From NCBI GenBank assembly GCA_002633005.1, contig NMRA01000035.1, positions 662,863 through 726,862 of the forward strand: DNA of 64,000 nucleotides, given 5' to 3'. Numbering within the stretch: position 1 is the stretch's first letter; the number at the start of each line of letters is the position of its first letter. Of the stretch, positions 1 to 17,510 are shown piece by piece. Made by a program: the position numbers and the translations under genes. The DNA is from Phoronis australis. Lineage: Eukaryota > Animalia > Phoronida. Under the pieces are notes generated by a model. That model did not search any database and had not been told where the DNA came from. It saw only the letters and a list, made by a program, of their open reading frames with translations.

Positions 1-11
1 TTGAAAGCTGA

Positions 12-6240
<6,229 letters not shown>

Positions 6241-6404
6241 AACGCACTATGCTGTCCTGTAAAATGGTTCCTGCAGTACGTGCTGTCTAGCTTGCTTTCA
6301 ATCAAACCTAGTGAATATTTGCATTGGACTCCTATTCACAGAAAAAGCAAAAAGAGGAAAAAGTCATAAAATCTTACCAACCGTTTAAAGCTATGAAATG
6401 TGGT

Positions 6405-6410
6405 AATAAA
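6405..6410 (+). terminator. eEF1A polyadenylation signal
   Basis: AATAAA 165 nt after the stop codon, followed by a T-rich tract. Confidence 0.7.
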
Positions 6411-6644
6411 CCGTTTGTCGAACCTGTTCTTTTTTCTTTTAATCTTGGTCTAACTTCAGAACAATTTTCCTTCCATATGGGAGTTCTCAGACCAGAACTG
6501 TGAACGTCTAGCTATATTGTGTCTACAATAAGCATAATTGCTTTAACTTGGTAAAAATGTGTTTTCTGAAAGCTCGAGAATTCAATTTAGTATAGGGTGT
6601 TCGCATAAGTTGAACAGAAATTGCTAAATTGGAGTGAAAAGAGA

Positions 6645-6750
6645 AGTCCTTGTGCCGTGGCTAGGCTCAAGCCTATCGTCAACGGTAACACATGTGAATT
6701 TGGTTCCTACAGTATGTTAAGAGCATCGCTCTGAGCCCACTAGAGCTATA
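6645..6750 (-). mobile_element. Degenerate tRNA-derived SINE head
   Basis: The minus strand reads ATAGCTCTAGTGGGCTCAGAGCG (A-box-like) ... GGCTTGAGCCTAGCC (B-box-like), with spacing too long for a tRNA. Confidence 0.4.
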
Positions 6751-7298
6751 AATTGCCAATGGTAACGAACTGTTAGGCGTATTGGCTTGCTTCTGTCTAC
6801 GTCACCGCGAGAATCACCTTTTAATTCAAACAGCTGCGAATGACACCTGGTGTTCTATTCAGACCCCTATTCAATACAACCTTTTGTTGTTGGTGCTGGG
6901 ATCTGGCGGTGACGTAACATGGGACGAAAAGGCAGCTTCACTTATCATTTGACGGGCTTACACTTGCGTGATTGAACTCACGTTTTCGTATTTTCCTAAG
7001 GCTTTGCTAGTACTATCTGGTTATTGAGTAACAAAATTCCGTTGTAGTTAGGCTCGGTTCATAAAAAATAAACTGCACAGTTATTACTACACCAGTTTAG
7101 ACAAAAATACACAAGTATATAGGGCTTATTCCAAGAAAATGTACGCGATAACGCCCACTGAGGACGGTTGGCAAACCCAAAAATGCGGGGGCGGGCGGTT
7201 AATCGTACTGTAAAGAACCACCAGCAACATTGTTGAAATCTGCTAGTGCAACTTTGACTGAGGTGCAATTGTTGAAAAACAAAATTTGACTTTCATTA

Positions 7299-8838
7299 TT
7301 ATGCGCCCACATATTTTTATCTCCTAAACCCTTCAAAGGATCATGAGATGAGATTTGGTCCTGAGCTGGCGACGGACGACCACGAATTTCGAACCTCCAA
7401 CTACTGGTGTGCCCTAGCTCCAGTGGTAATTTTGTTTTTTTTTTTTACTACTTCTATCTTAGGAGGTCCTCAACGGATCAGTTAGGCATCTATTACAGTA
7501 GTGAGATGATGACATCCTCCCGTTTTCGGACAGATTCGAGGTACTTTGCGCTACCTAGTCCCCATGTTTATTGTTTTCGAGTCTGTTTTTTGGCGTCCGC
7601 CATTCTATATCAACCAAACCGCTCTAAGGATGATTTTGGAAATTGGCATATATGTTTTTACTCTGAAGAGGGCGGCTGACGATGAGTTTACGACTTCGGC
7701 TACTGTGGCGCCTCCTGGTGGCAGTTTTGTTTTTGCGCCCATGGCAGGATCTTGATGAGATTTGACAGATGTGTTCCCATGAAGCTGACAGCAGATGACA
7801 ACGAATTTCGGACCTCTTCCGCTGCTGGTGTGCCACCTAGTGGTAATTTTAATTTTTACGCTTGCTTCTGCATATTTGGAGGTCAACGAATTTTCATAAA
7901 ATTTAGCGGTTAGACATCTCTTAGATAGATGATGCCATCCTCCCGTTTTGGACGGATTCGAGGTGCTTTGCGCCACCTAGTGGTCGTTTTTACTGTTTTC
8001 GAGTCTGTTTTTGGGCGTGGCCACCGTTCTATCAACCAAACCGCTCTAGGGATGATTTGGACATTGGCATATGAGGGCAGCTGACTATGATTTTCCGATG
8101 ACTTGGACTACTATGGCGCCTCCTAGTGGCAGTTATGTTTGTTTTTGCACCCATGCCTGTATCTCCTAAATGCTCTACAGGATCTTTATTGAATTTTGCT
8201 GGTGTACTTATATATGAAGTTGACAACAGAGGACGACGACTTTCGGACAGATCAGGCTACCCGTGTGCCCCCTTGTGGCAATTTTTGTTTTTTTTACGTT
8301 TACCTTTGTATCTTAAAAGGTCGCCAATCAAAAAATTTGGCAGTTAAGCATCTATTAGTGGGGTGACGCTGTCATCCGGTTTTCGGTAAAATTCGAGGAT
8401 TTTTGCGCCACCTTGTGTCCATTTTTACTATTTTCGAGTCTTGTTGCTTGGCGTCTGCCCTTCTTTCGACCAAACCACTCTAAAGATGGTTGTGGAAATT
8501 GGCATGTATGTTCCTAATGTGAAGCGGAAGTCTGATGATGATTTTCCGACGACTTTATCTAATTTGGCGCCTCTTAGTGGCAGTTATGTTTTTGCGGTAA
8601 TAGCCTCTAGTGGCAATTTCATTTTTTTGTGTTCCTCCGTTTTCTCAAATGTTCCTTGACGGATTTTATGGAATTTTGTAAATAGCTTTGATGACACATA
8701 GTAATTTTCGGATGGATTCGACATATTTTGCGCTATCTAGTTGCCATTTTATGTTCCAAATCAACACCCCTAGAAGCACGCCGTTAGCGGTGAATTCGTG
8801 GGCACATTTCAACGCTCGGCGTAAGGTTGCTCTTGGTT
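7299..8838 (-). mobile_element. Helentron/HINE-like element (family A), long copy with ~10 internal repeat units
   Basis: Family 5' end (GTTGCTCTTGGTT at 8826-8838), partial 3' hairpin ATGCGCCCACATAT at 7301, and diverged internal repeats of ~120-160 bp arranged as a three-unit higher-order repeat of ~420-450 bp. Confidence 0.8.
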
Positions 8839-9167
8839 AGTTTAAGATGATACTGGTGCGCAAGCATCCAGTTACGTATTGCCAACCAACCCAGCGGGGA
8901 TGTGTCCCTTCAGTCGCCACACATGACATTCATCAAAACGGGGAATTTGACACCTTTCCGGAAGTTAAGGGTATTCTTCAAAATCCCGAGACCTTTACAT
9001 TTAAACCGAATTGGGAGGCTTGGCAAAACCACATTTCTCTGGCTTTATTTTTTCGATTTCGTGTTTTATTTTCTGCACTGCATGCAGTTGAGAACTCGTT
9101 GCGGCAGAAAGTGCTGCTGACTCTACCACTTTGATTTGTCACAACTTACACTATTTTCTGCGTAAGT

Positions 9168-9286
9168 CAGTTGCGGATTTAGAGGGGGCTTTACCCCCCC
9201 CCCCTCCCTAAAACTCTCCCAGATTCCATTTGGCAGTTTGGGGGTGCAAATGTCTGACGGACAAAATCCTGACTAATAGTGTGCCA
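9168..9286 (+). mobile_element. Short MITE (family B, CAG-GCGGAT ends), 3'-truncated
   Basis: GCGGATTTAGAGGGG...GATTCCATTTGGCAGTT...TGTCTGAC...AAAATCCTG is shared with 25602-25758 and, inverted, with 48347-48505. Confidence 0.75.
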
Positions 9287-10206
9287 TGGACATTATATCA
9301 AAGACTAAATGAACCACCAGGGAAATAGTTTCAAAGATTCAAAAGATGCTACCGGATAAAGACGAAGATTTTAAGATGTGGATACCTCACAGCTGATATG
9401 AAGAATCAGCTCAGGAAGTCACAGACAATTATACATATTTAATTAATAATTTGACCTTTGGTGCGATTTAGAACACTTTAATAGAAATTCAGGGTGCAAT
9501 GGCATTTACTAAAATGTAATTGCAGAAGAGGGTTTCCTGATGATAGAAAATGGACAAATATCAAGTGTGTACCTTTGTGATATACTGTGAATAACTCATT
9601 ATGTTGGTTACGTTTACCAGCAAACTCATTTCTTTTCAACGCGAAAGTGGTACATGTAGTGTGTGCTACCGCAAACAAGAGACCTTTGAACATAAATTTA
9701 CGATGATGTTATTGTAGAAAGTGGACGCAGTCTGGAAAATAACAATATTCATAACAAAGAGAAAAATGTTATTTGGAACACCTGTTGCATATTTGTCAAC
9801 ATTAGATATTTTCTATTCAAAAAATCAATTACATTTTAGTTTCAACAATACAATTCTTGAAGTTAACTAGCACATTCTCCTACTCCGTCCAAAATTAAAG
9901 CGTTTTGTCACCAAGTTGAAACTATGTGAATTAGGTTAATGGAAATTACTGCTTCAGGTAAAAATTTAAAAAGAACTGTCAAACAAATTCATGAGAATGA
10001 CACAACAGCAATTACTTTCATAATCCCTTGTCCAAATATAAAAGCCGCTAACTTATAGCGATTAACAACTGAACATTTATTAATCCCGTCCACACACAGC
10101 CTATCCTACTAGAACAACTTGCACTAGTGCAACTTACCCCACTTGTGGACCGTCCGCACACACATATCCGATTTCCTCGTGACTTATCGAGGTACGATAA
10201 TTTGTT

Positions 10207-10813
10207 CTATGGTAACTTGCGCCACGTCCAATCGACTCAGATTATAAAAATGGTACTTTCGTTAGGCATTGTTTACAAGATAGTTTTGACGAGCCGTAAA
10301 ATTACGAGCGTAATTTAATTCCTTACGGCGTAAAATTACGCTCGTAATTTAGTTTAAACTCTTAGCCAATGACGTTGGGTTTTACAATCCACGGTCGCGC
10401 GTGCTCATGGAAATACTTATTTACTGACGGGTTACATGTCTACGATACGAGCGCTGAATCATGGCGGATCAAATCGCTGCTGCAATGTCAGCGATTGTGC
10501 AAGAACGAGCTGCCTAGCAACAGTCGTGTATGTTAGGTCAACACTGATTGGTTTAAATTTGGAACGTTCTTAAAGTATTTTACGAGCGTAATTTACGGCA
10601 ACATTTCAACCATTTAATTTACGAGCGTAATTTTACTGCAGCACTTTTGCAATTTAATTTACGCTCGTAATTACGAGCGTAATTTTACGGCGAAACTTTT
10701 CCCCATTTAATTTACGAGCGTATTTGTACGGCGGCACTCCTGCAATTTAATTTACGCTCGTATTTACTAGCGTAATTTTACGGCGACACTTTCACCTCAA
10801 CGGCTCACCATAG
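10207..10813. mobile_element. Putative non-autonomous DNA transposon with an array of palindromic AATTACG(AG/CT)CGTAATT motifs
   Basis: About 10 copies of the 16-bp dyad, in two clusters (10300-10350 and 10579-10780). Short inverted ends CTATGGT/ACCATAG and GAGCCGT/ACGGCTC. Confidence 0.55.
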
Positions 10814-13800
10814 CTTGCAGAAGCCTTACATAGCAGACGATGCGACAAGAGGGAACATTCTTTTCAAACACCTGTCCGTACCCGACTCATGTTGTATAAG
10901 TTAATCGGAATATGTAGACGGGTGTTCCGATTCGACTTCATTCGGGTAAAAAGCCGAATATGAAGTTATAGGGGTGTAGATAAACGTAAACGAAAAATCG
11001 TTTATACTTGTCTTGTTCCTTTATATATCTCCCAACAAACGCGACAGCATGCTCTTCTATACATTCTTTGGTTTATTTTCAGCTTAAAATTTGCTCAAAA
11101 GATCCTCGATATGAGCTCTATCACCAGCGCGTGAACCTTTGAACCCTGTATAGCAGCCCAGCGTTGAAGTTTCCCAAACAATACAATAATTTACGGTAAA
11201 GTCGCGCGATTTTACCATGGTTCATATAAGAGATCCTTGCAATCAAACAATTCAATTCTTCATGAAAAAGCCTGCGGACTGGGCACACAGCCAACAAACA
11301 GTTCGCTCCTACGTCACTCTATTGATCACATACTCAATTCAGGTGATGACGGTGTATACTACAGTGTCTGGTGATTTCGTAACACTCGCTGGTAGACATT
11401 TTGAATTGAGGCTTGCGCACCTACGAGACTCGCAGGTAAGTTGCTCATACCAAAGGTTTCAAATATGATATTAACACCTGAATAAACGCAATTCAACACT
11501 GATTTAAACGTTAATTTTGTTGAAAAATAGAAGGATCCTCGCGAAATGAACCTCCAGTATATACACAAACTAGCGGAGGTAGGCCAGTGATTTGGGATGC
11601 TTTCGTAGGTGGATTTATGTCGGGAGTACTGAAGTGGCCTGCCNTTGTGGCCCAAGTTGGTCGAAGGTTCGAAATCAAACGCATGTGATGCGATATTCTT
11701 AGGTTGTACGGAAGTGAGAAGGCGGTAATTAGTAAAGCAGAGTGACAAACTGTTATCAGAATCTAACTTGAAACCCGGCATTCATGATCAACTTAGATAT
11801 GCACCCTCGGCTTGGGCTCATCGTTTTATCTATGACTCAATTATCAATTGGTTTGCAATCATTTTTAGTACAACAACGTATATTTTGTTATTCCAAGGCT
11901 ATTGATTTTCCTGAAAATTCAATGTAGAACGTCCACGTTATTATACATGTTTCTTATCAAAGTTGAATATTGGCAACTTATTGGAATTCTTTTTAACTGC
12001 ATTTGTTCGGAAAGTGGCAATCCCATTTAAATCTGAGGTCCGTCATTAACATTTGATAAGCAATGTTTCAGACTTTTCTCATAAATAGAGACGTGAAAAT
12101 GCAAGACCACTCAGCTTCGGGGATTTTTGTACCCTGATCAAAGATTACGATTCGTTTCGATGTGCACCATGCAGAAAATTTGGTTTAGTTTCTTCGATTC
12201 GTTTCGATGTATACCATACAGAAAATCCGTTTTATTTTTTTCGATAAATCTGTTTTTCGAACTGTACCATAACCCTCTTTACTGACCTCCCAGGGCAAGT
12301 CAAACACTTCATTGATTGTTCAGATATACCTTTAGTTTACATAAGGCTATACCGTCTGTACACAGCTAAGATGACTAAGCAAAAAGTAAAACATGATCGG
12401 GTCTTAGAAGCTGTTCAGTTTGTTGTTGCCGCTATACAACATAAGGTGTTGTAATACAGTTGCAATGGCCAAGAGGTTTCTCATGAAGCATTTTTACAGA
12501 GTAATAACGTATTTTTAGCTATTTTTATTAAAAATCAATATATTCACGTGTTTCTCGCACAGGCGACTTTGCTGGACATTGTCGTTTTTTCGGCCGTAAA
12601 GCACATTTTTTACATTATTATTGGATGGGATTAGACGCAATGAGGGCCTTGCGGTTATTTGACGCATTGGAGGCCTTGTCATTATTAGCTTTGACCGGAG
12701 CCATAAAGCAACGAAGTCCGTTGCGTTTTGTAAATCCGATACGCAATGCCAGTTTTTGCCCTTCTCTGTCAGATATTTGCTGAAATCAAGACCACTGTAG
12801 TTGGGCCATTTATCGCAAATTCAAATTAGCCACGCCGCCAGAGCGCTGGTGCGCCACTGCAGAGATTCCGGATTGATTCATAGAAAATTACTTTTTTCGC
12901 CGACAATATCCTTTGAAATATACAGTCACATGGCGGAATCCTTTGTGTACCCTCTGTGCACAAACTGCTAAGTACGTACGAAACGAGTCGGCCTCTTGAG
13001 TAAGAAAGGTAGTTTGTTCCCCGTGACATAAAGCGCCAGATTCGGGATTCATATTCTTTTGTAAATGGTCTGTCAACCGGTCCGCGAGTAAACAACATTG
13101 AGTGACGTAAATGTGGAATACTCATCCTTCAAAGCTTCAAATCCGTTTTTCCATCTTAGGAGCCAGTAACTTCTTACTGGTTCCTAGTCCCATCCAAGGA
13201 GCCAACTTTTAATTTAGGCCACTTAATGCTATAAAATTGACCTCAACTTGTTCCATGCTCAGATGGGAACTGATTTCTGGGTTTGTAAAGAAATGGCAAT
13301 TCGAAATTCTTTGAGGGCATCTTTGACGCATAAAATGACACGCCGTGACAAGTCAACTTGCAGAGACTGATCTCGAGCATTAATAAACCGATAGTTCTTT
13401 CAAAGTCCTGAAATCATTTAGAATTTGACTTATTTGAGGCCTTTGAGATCAATTTGTAACGGTATGTGGTTCAAGTCAAAAGTGGATGGCGGATTTACTG
13501 CCGTTTTAATATTACATCAGTGTTGAGAAAATTAGTGGGTACTCCAAAATTGGCCTAAATCAAACTTTTGTGACAGAAAGCACGGGTGTAAATCAACTTT
13601 AAAACCAAATTTATGTTCTTCCGTGACTTATTTACTCACTGAACAGGACTGATAACTGTGACAAGCTGTCTATAAGATGGTTGCGTATTCTGAAGGGTTT
13701 TGCACTGGTCAAAATACGATTTTGACGAGGTCATGCGTTCGCCTAGATATCCAGGATAAAACATGCCCCTGTACAACGGACACGCACCTGCGCGTGAAAG

Positions 13801-13951
13801 CGAAACTTTGGCAAATGCCATATATATATAAACGAAACACTTCAGTAAAAATTCATCTTTGAAAACCGCCCTGTTTCGGATATGGTCACGTGAGTCTGAA
13901 CACAAGGACATGCGTCACCAACTTCTGAGGTCATTATCTATTTTTAAAGGT

Positions 13952-15875
13952 ATGAAGCCCACAGCGATTTCACCGTCGAAGGAAGTGGACGAAAAAGTGC
14001 CACTTCCACAGGTTGTTACTGTTCCAGTGCCGGATGCGACCACTGTTCAAGCTGTTCAAGAAAAGCCGAAATGGAGCTGGTACGTAAAAGGCAAAAGTGT
14101 CTGCAGTCGCAGACGTGTTGTTGCTTAAAAAATATTTTCTTGAAAGTTGGAATGTTTTCCGCCATTATCATTGCATTATTAGTACAGTACATTGTTGTTA
14201 TTGATGTTGGCACGTAGCAGTTCTACCTGTTAGGAATACTTCATGATTCTCTCTCCACAGGTGTCATCTGGTTTGGTCTTTGATCGCCACACTGTTTTCG
14301 GGGCTTGGCTCGAGTTGCGGTCTGATTGGTCTCGTTCACTCCATTCTGTCCTACGTGGACCACCGGTCGGCGGCCTACCGTAAATCGGCCAAAAAGCGCC
14401 GCTGTGCTTGGGGATGGACCATTACCGCGCTTGTGTTAGGTCTGGTCTTCTGGGGGATGGCCATTTACTGTTCCGTGCACTGGTGGAAGAGACATCATAC
14501 CAATGAAATCGGTAAGGCGAGCGCAAAAACTCTACCAGTTAATTTTATTTCTAAAAATCAGCATAGATTATGAAACTACTGAATGCCAGTTAATGGTTCT
14601 GTAATCTAAGGAGTAAACCGGCGTACAACCAAAAGTCCGGATTCGGGACGTCCATGGGGCTGTTTCATGAAAAGTAACTTTCAAGTCATACAGTACGCTC
14701 CACAAAACCATTTTCTGAAAAGAATCTAAATCTCACTTTAGCAAAACTATGAAATCTCTGAGAATATGGAAATAATTCCTTGTGGCTGAGATAACTTGTT
14801 GCCTTTTGTTGGAATTGTTTCTGGGCAGTGATGCGTTCATAATTAATTTGCTGAACACACAACGTTTGTGGTCAATAGTCTTCAACGATATTTGCTCGGG
14901 CTTTGTGTATCTTTGTCGTTCGTTCAGTGCGCGCCAATAAAGCAGGCAAAGACAAATAGGAAAACTAATGACAGCAATTTTCAGACTAGACTGCTCTTTC
15001 GCGCCACATAACCACTTCTGAACAATAATCAAATGTCCCTTGAGCAATTTTAAGAGCAGTCTTCGAAAATATACACATATCTGCTAGTTACTGTGATAAT
15101 TTATTAGACTATGACGGGTCTATAACTACTTGGATACACGTTTGTTCAGCAATTGTGACGTGGAATTATAAGAAACAATCCGGGTTCCCGGTCTTTCTTT
15201 CGGCTTTATGTTCAGCAATTTTGAAGTTGGATTATAAGAAACAGTCCGAGTTCCCGGTCTTTCTTCTGACTTTATCTTCAGCAATTGTGACATGGGATAA
15301 TAAGAAACAGTCCGAGTTCCCGGTCTTTCTTTCGGCTTTATGTTCAGCAATTTTGAAGTGGGGTTATAAGAAAAAGTCCGGGTTCCCGGTCTTTCTTCCG
15401 GCTTTATGTTCAGCAAATGTGAAGTGGGATTATAAGAAAAACTTCGGGTTCCCGGTCTTTCTTCCGGCTGCTAACAAAAGTATAGAATGATCTAAAATGC
15501 CTTGACTTTTACTTGTTTCTCTTATCCTTAATTACCACTACTTAATCGTAAAATAATAAGATTCACGATCATGTTTTGGATGACGGAAATGTCACCTTGT
15601 TTTCAGACCTCGGGGGTATGTTGAAAATGATGGCTATGAAACACGGGGAGTATGAAAAGATGAACGACTTTAAATTCGGATGGAAACCAACTGACAAGAA
15701 GATGTTCGGAGGAGACGATCATGATAAGGTTCCTCATGGCAAGAAAGTTGACAAAGACTTCCGAGACCATCATAACGGTCGCCATGGTGATCACGATAGT
15801 GACAGCGGCGACCGAGATCATGATGATGACGAAAAGCGCCGTCACTTCCCGACTCACAAGCGACCAATGCCTTGA
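13952..15875 (+). CDS. CD225/dispanin (IFITM/PRRT-like) membrane protein with a His/Asp-rich C-terminal tail, ~215 aa
   Basis: Exons 13952-14079, 14261-14511 and 15607-15875 (GT-AG, phases 2 and 1). Core HLVWSLIATLFSGLGSSCGLIGLVHSILS...AAYRKSAKKRRCAWGWTITALVLG fits the CD225 pattern: intramembrane helix, basic loop, TM helix. TATA-like TATATAAA near 13824. The start codon is inferred. Confidence 0.8.
15143..15470. repeat. 66-bp minisatellite, ~5 units
   Basis: TTCCCGGTC recurs at 15185, 15251, 15317, 15383 and 15449. Confidence 0.95.
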
Positions 15876-17299
15876 ACATTGGATCAATAGAGAACGTTCT
15901 CTGTGGTTGCACGTGAATATGTTAAAGAGAAAATCAAGAATCCAGAAAAAAATGAAACTTAATTAATGTTACATTTATATGAACACATGTTTTTCGAAAA
16001 TGTTTTTTTATTTTCTACCTTTCCACGTGCCTTACCTCCATCAAAAAGAACCGTCGTTCAAACTCGCTGCACCACACTTAGAGAAGGGTTCTCTAGTATC
16101 GCTGTTATTTAATCGGAAACCAACTTTAAGTGCACTAAATCAACCGTCGGTTTAACAATGTTTTAGCAGAAAGCACGTTTCACTATCATTACGATGTGTA
16201 TTTTTATAGAAAAGTTTTACGTGTGACAGCTGCGTTTATATTCAAGACTTGTGTTTGAAATGTAACTATGCTTGCTGACATTAATTACCATTATGGGATC
16301 TGACATTGACTGCTTTTAGATGTTACGGGCGTTTTGAAGTTTATTTTTCTTCACCAAAATACAACAGAGCTATTGCATAACAAACTTTTAAATATTTCTT
16401 TTCAAACGCTTACATGTGTGGTCGAAGGAAATCAGTAGCTTTGAAAAAATGTCGACATATTATGTGACCAACGTTTTTTAAAGTTTCTGAAAAGTTTGGG
16501 GTAAAATAAGGGACGTGTACCCAAAAGCGACAAAACTCGTCCATTTACGACGGACCTAGGATACAGCGATCCTAGCGAGACCAAATTGAATCCATCACCC
16601 ACTTGACGTCATACTGAGCTCGGAATATACGCGTTTTCATGTAAAACGGCACACTATCGGTTTTGCGGCCGAAAAACGCATTTTGGGGTAATTTGTATGC
16701 GATAGATTTCTTGAAGTTATTAGGGTGGACCAGAGCTAAAAAAACATAATCTGTCGTGTTTTTGCGAATTTATTACAAATCGCCACTTCGGTGTTGCATA
16801 CTTTCAACAAGATATTGCTGAGAACCCTATGTAGTGTTTTACCTATTTACATTTCTTAACGTTAACTAAAATAGGCTACAGCAGAAAAATAAAGATAATT
16901 GTGCTTTCCGATTCGAAATTATCAATAGTTCGGACCAGAGAGTGACACAGCAGTGTCACAGCTCAAAATTTTGATCTACTTACCGAATATGGGTTCTATT
17001 TAACCAGAAAATGTATTTACCAATTCTAAACTTAACACTTATAAACAATAATTTGACAAAAACACATCTTACATTTTTTAAACAGTCACTCGCAAATTGA
17101 GAATATAGTAACAACTTTACCGAAAATAAGAAGTCGCTCTAAGTAGTACTGGTCCAGGATTCGGCGAGTATACGCGACAAAATGAAACGCCACCCGGGAC
17201 AGAAGTAGGATTGAAAATTAACTAATGAACTCATTACTTCTATAAAAAAGTACGTTACTAGTAATGTAAAACGTGTATTTTCAAAGCTGCGCAAAGTGC

Positions 17300-17510
17300 T
17301 CTCAACAAAGAAAGTGGTCGCTGCAAATCAAGGAATTCGCAAGCATGGCGTCTTCCGCGTCGTTTGCCGGACTTGTCGCATACTCCAGTATCATAGCTTT
17401 GTTAGATGTTTCGAGGCGAGTGCCTTCTCCCGTAGAAACAAGACAAAAATTACCACAGCCTCATTGAAAGCCACATTGTCACATCCACCACAAACACCGC
17501 GCCTCGCCAC
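17300..17510 (-). pseudogene. Degenerate THAP zinc-finger coding relic, probably transposon-derived
   Basis: The minus strand reads ARRGVCGGCDN...FVLF...*YW...QVRQT and, after a frameshift, NSLICSDHF. This follows the THAP order C-x-C...W...CxxHF. Confidence 0.55.

Noticed and set aside
13882-13949. Possible upstream ATG micro-exon and 60-nt intron for the dispanin gene
   Set aside because: Splicing it puts the CD225 domain out of frame; unsupported without transcripts.
15126-15490. Repetitive ORFs on both strands
   Set aside because: They are by-products of the 66-bp minisatellite.
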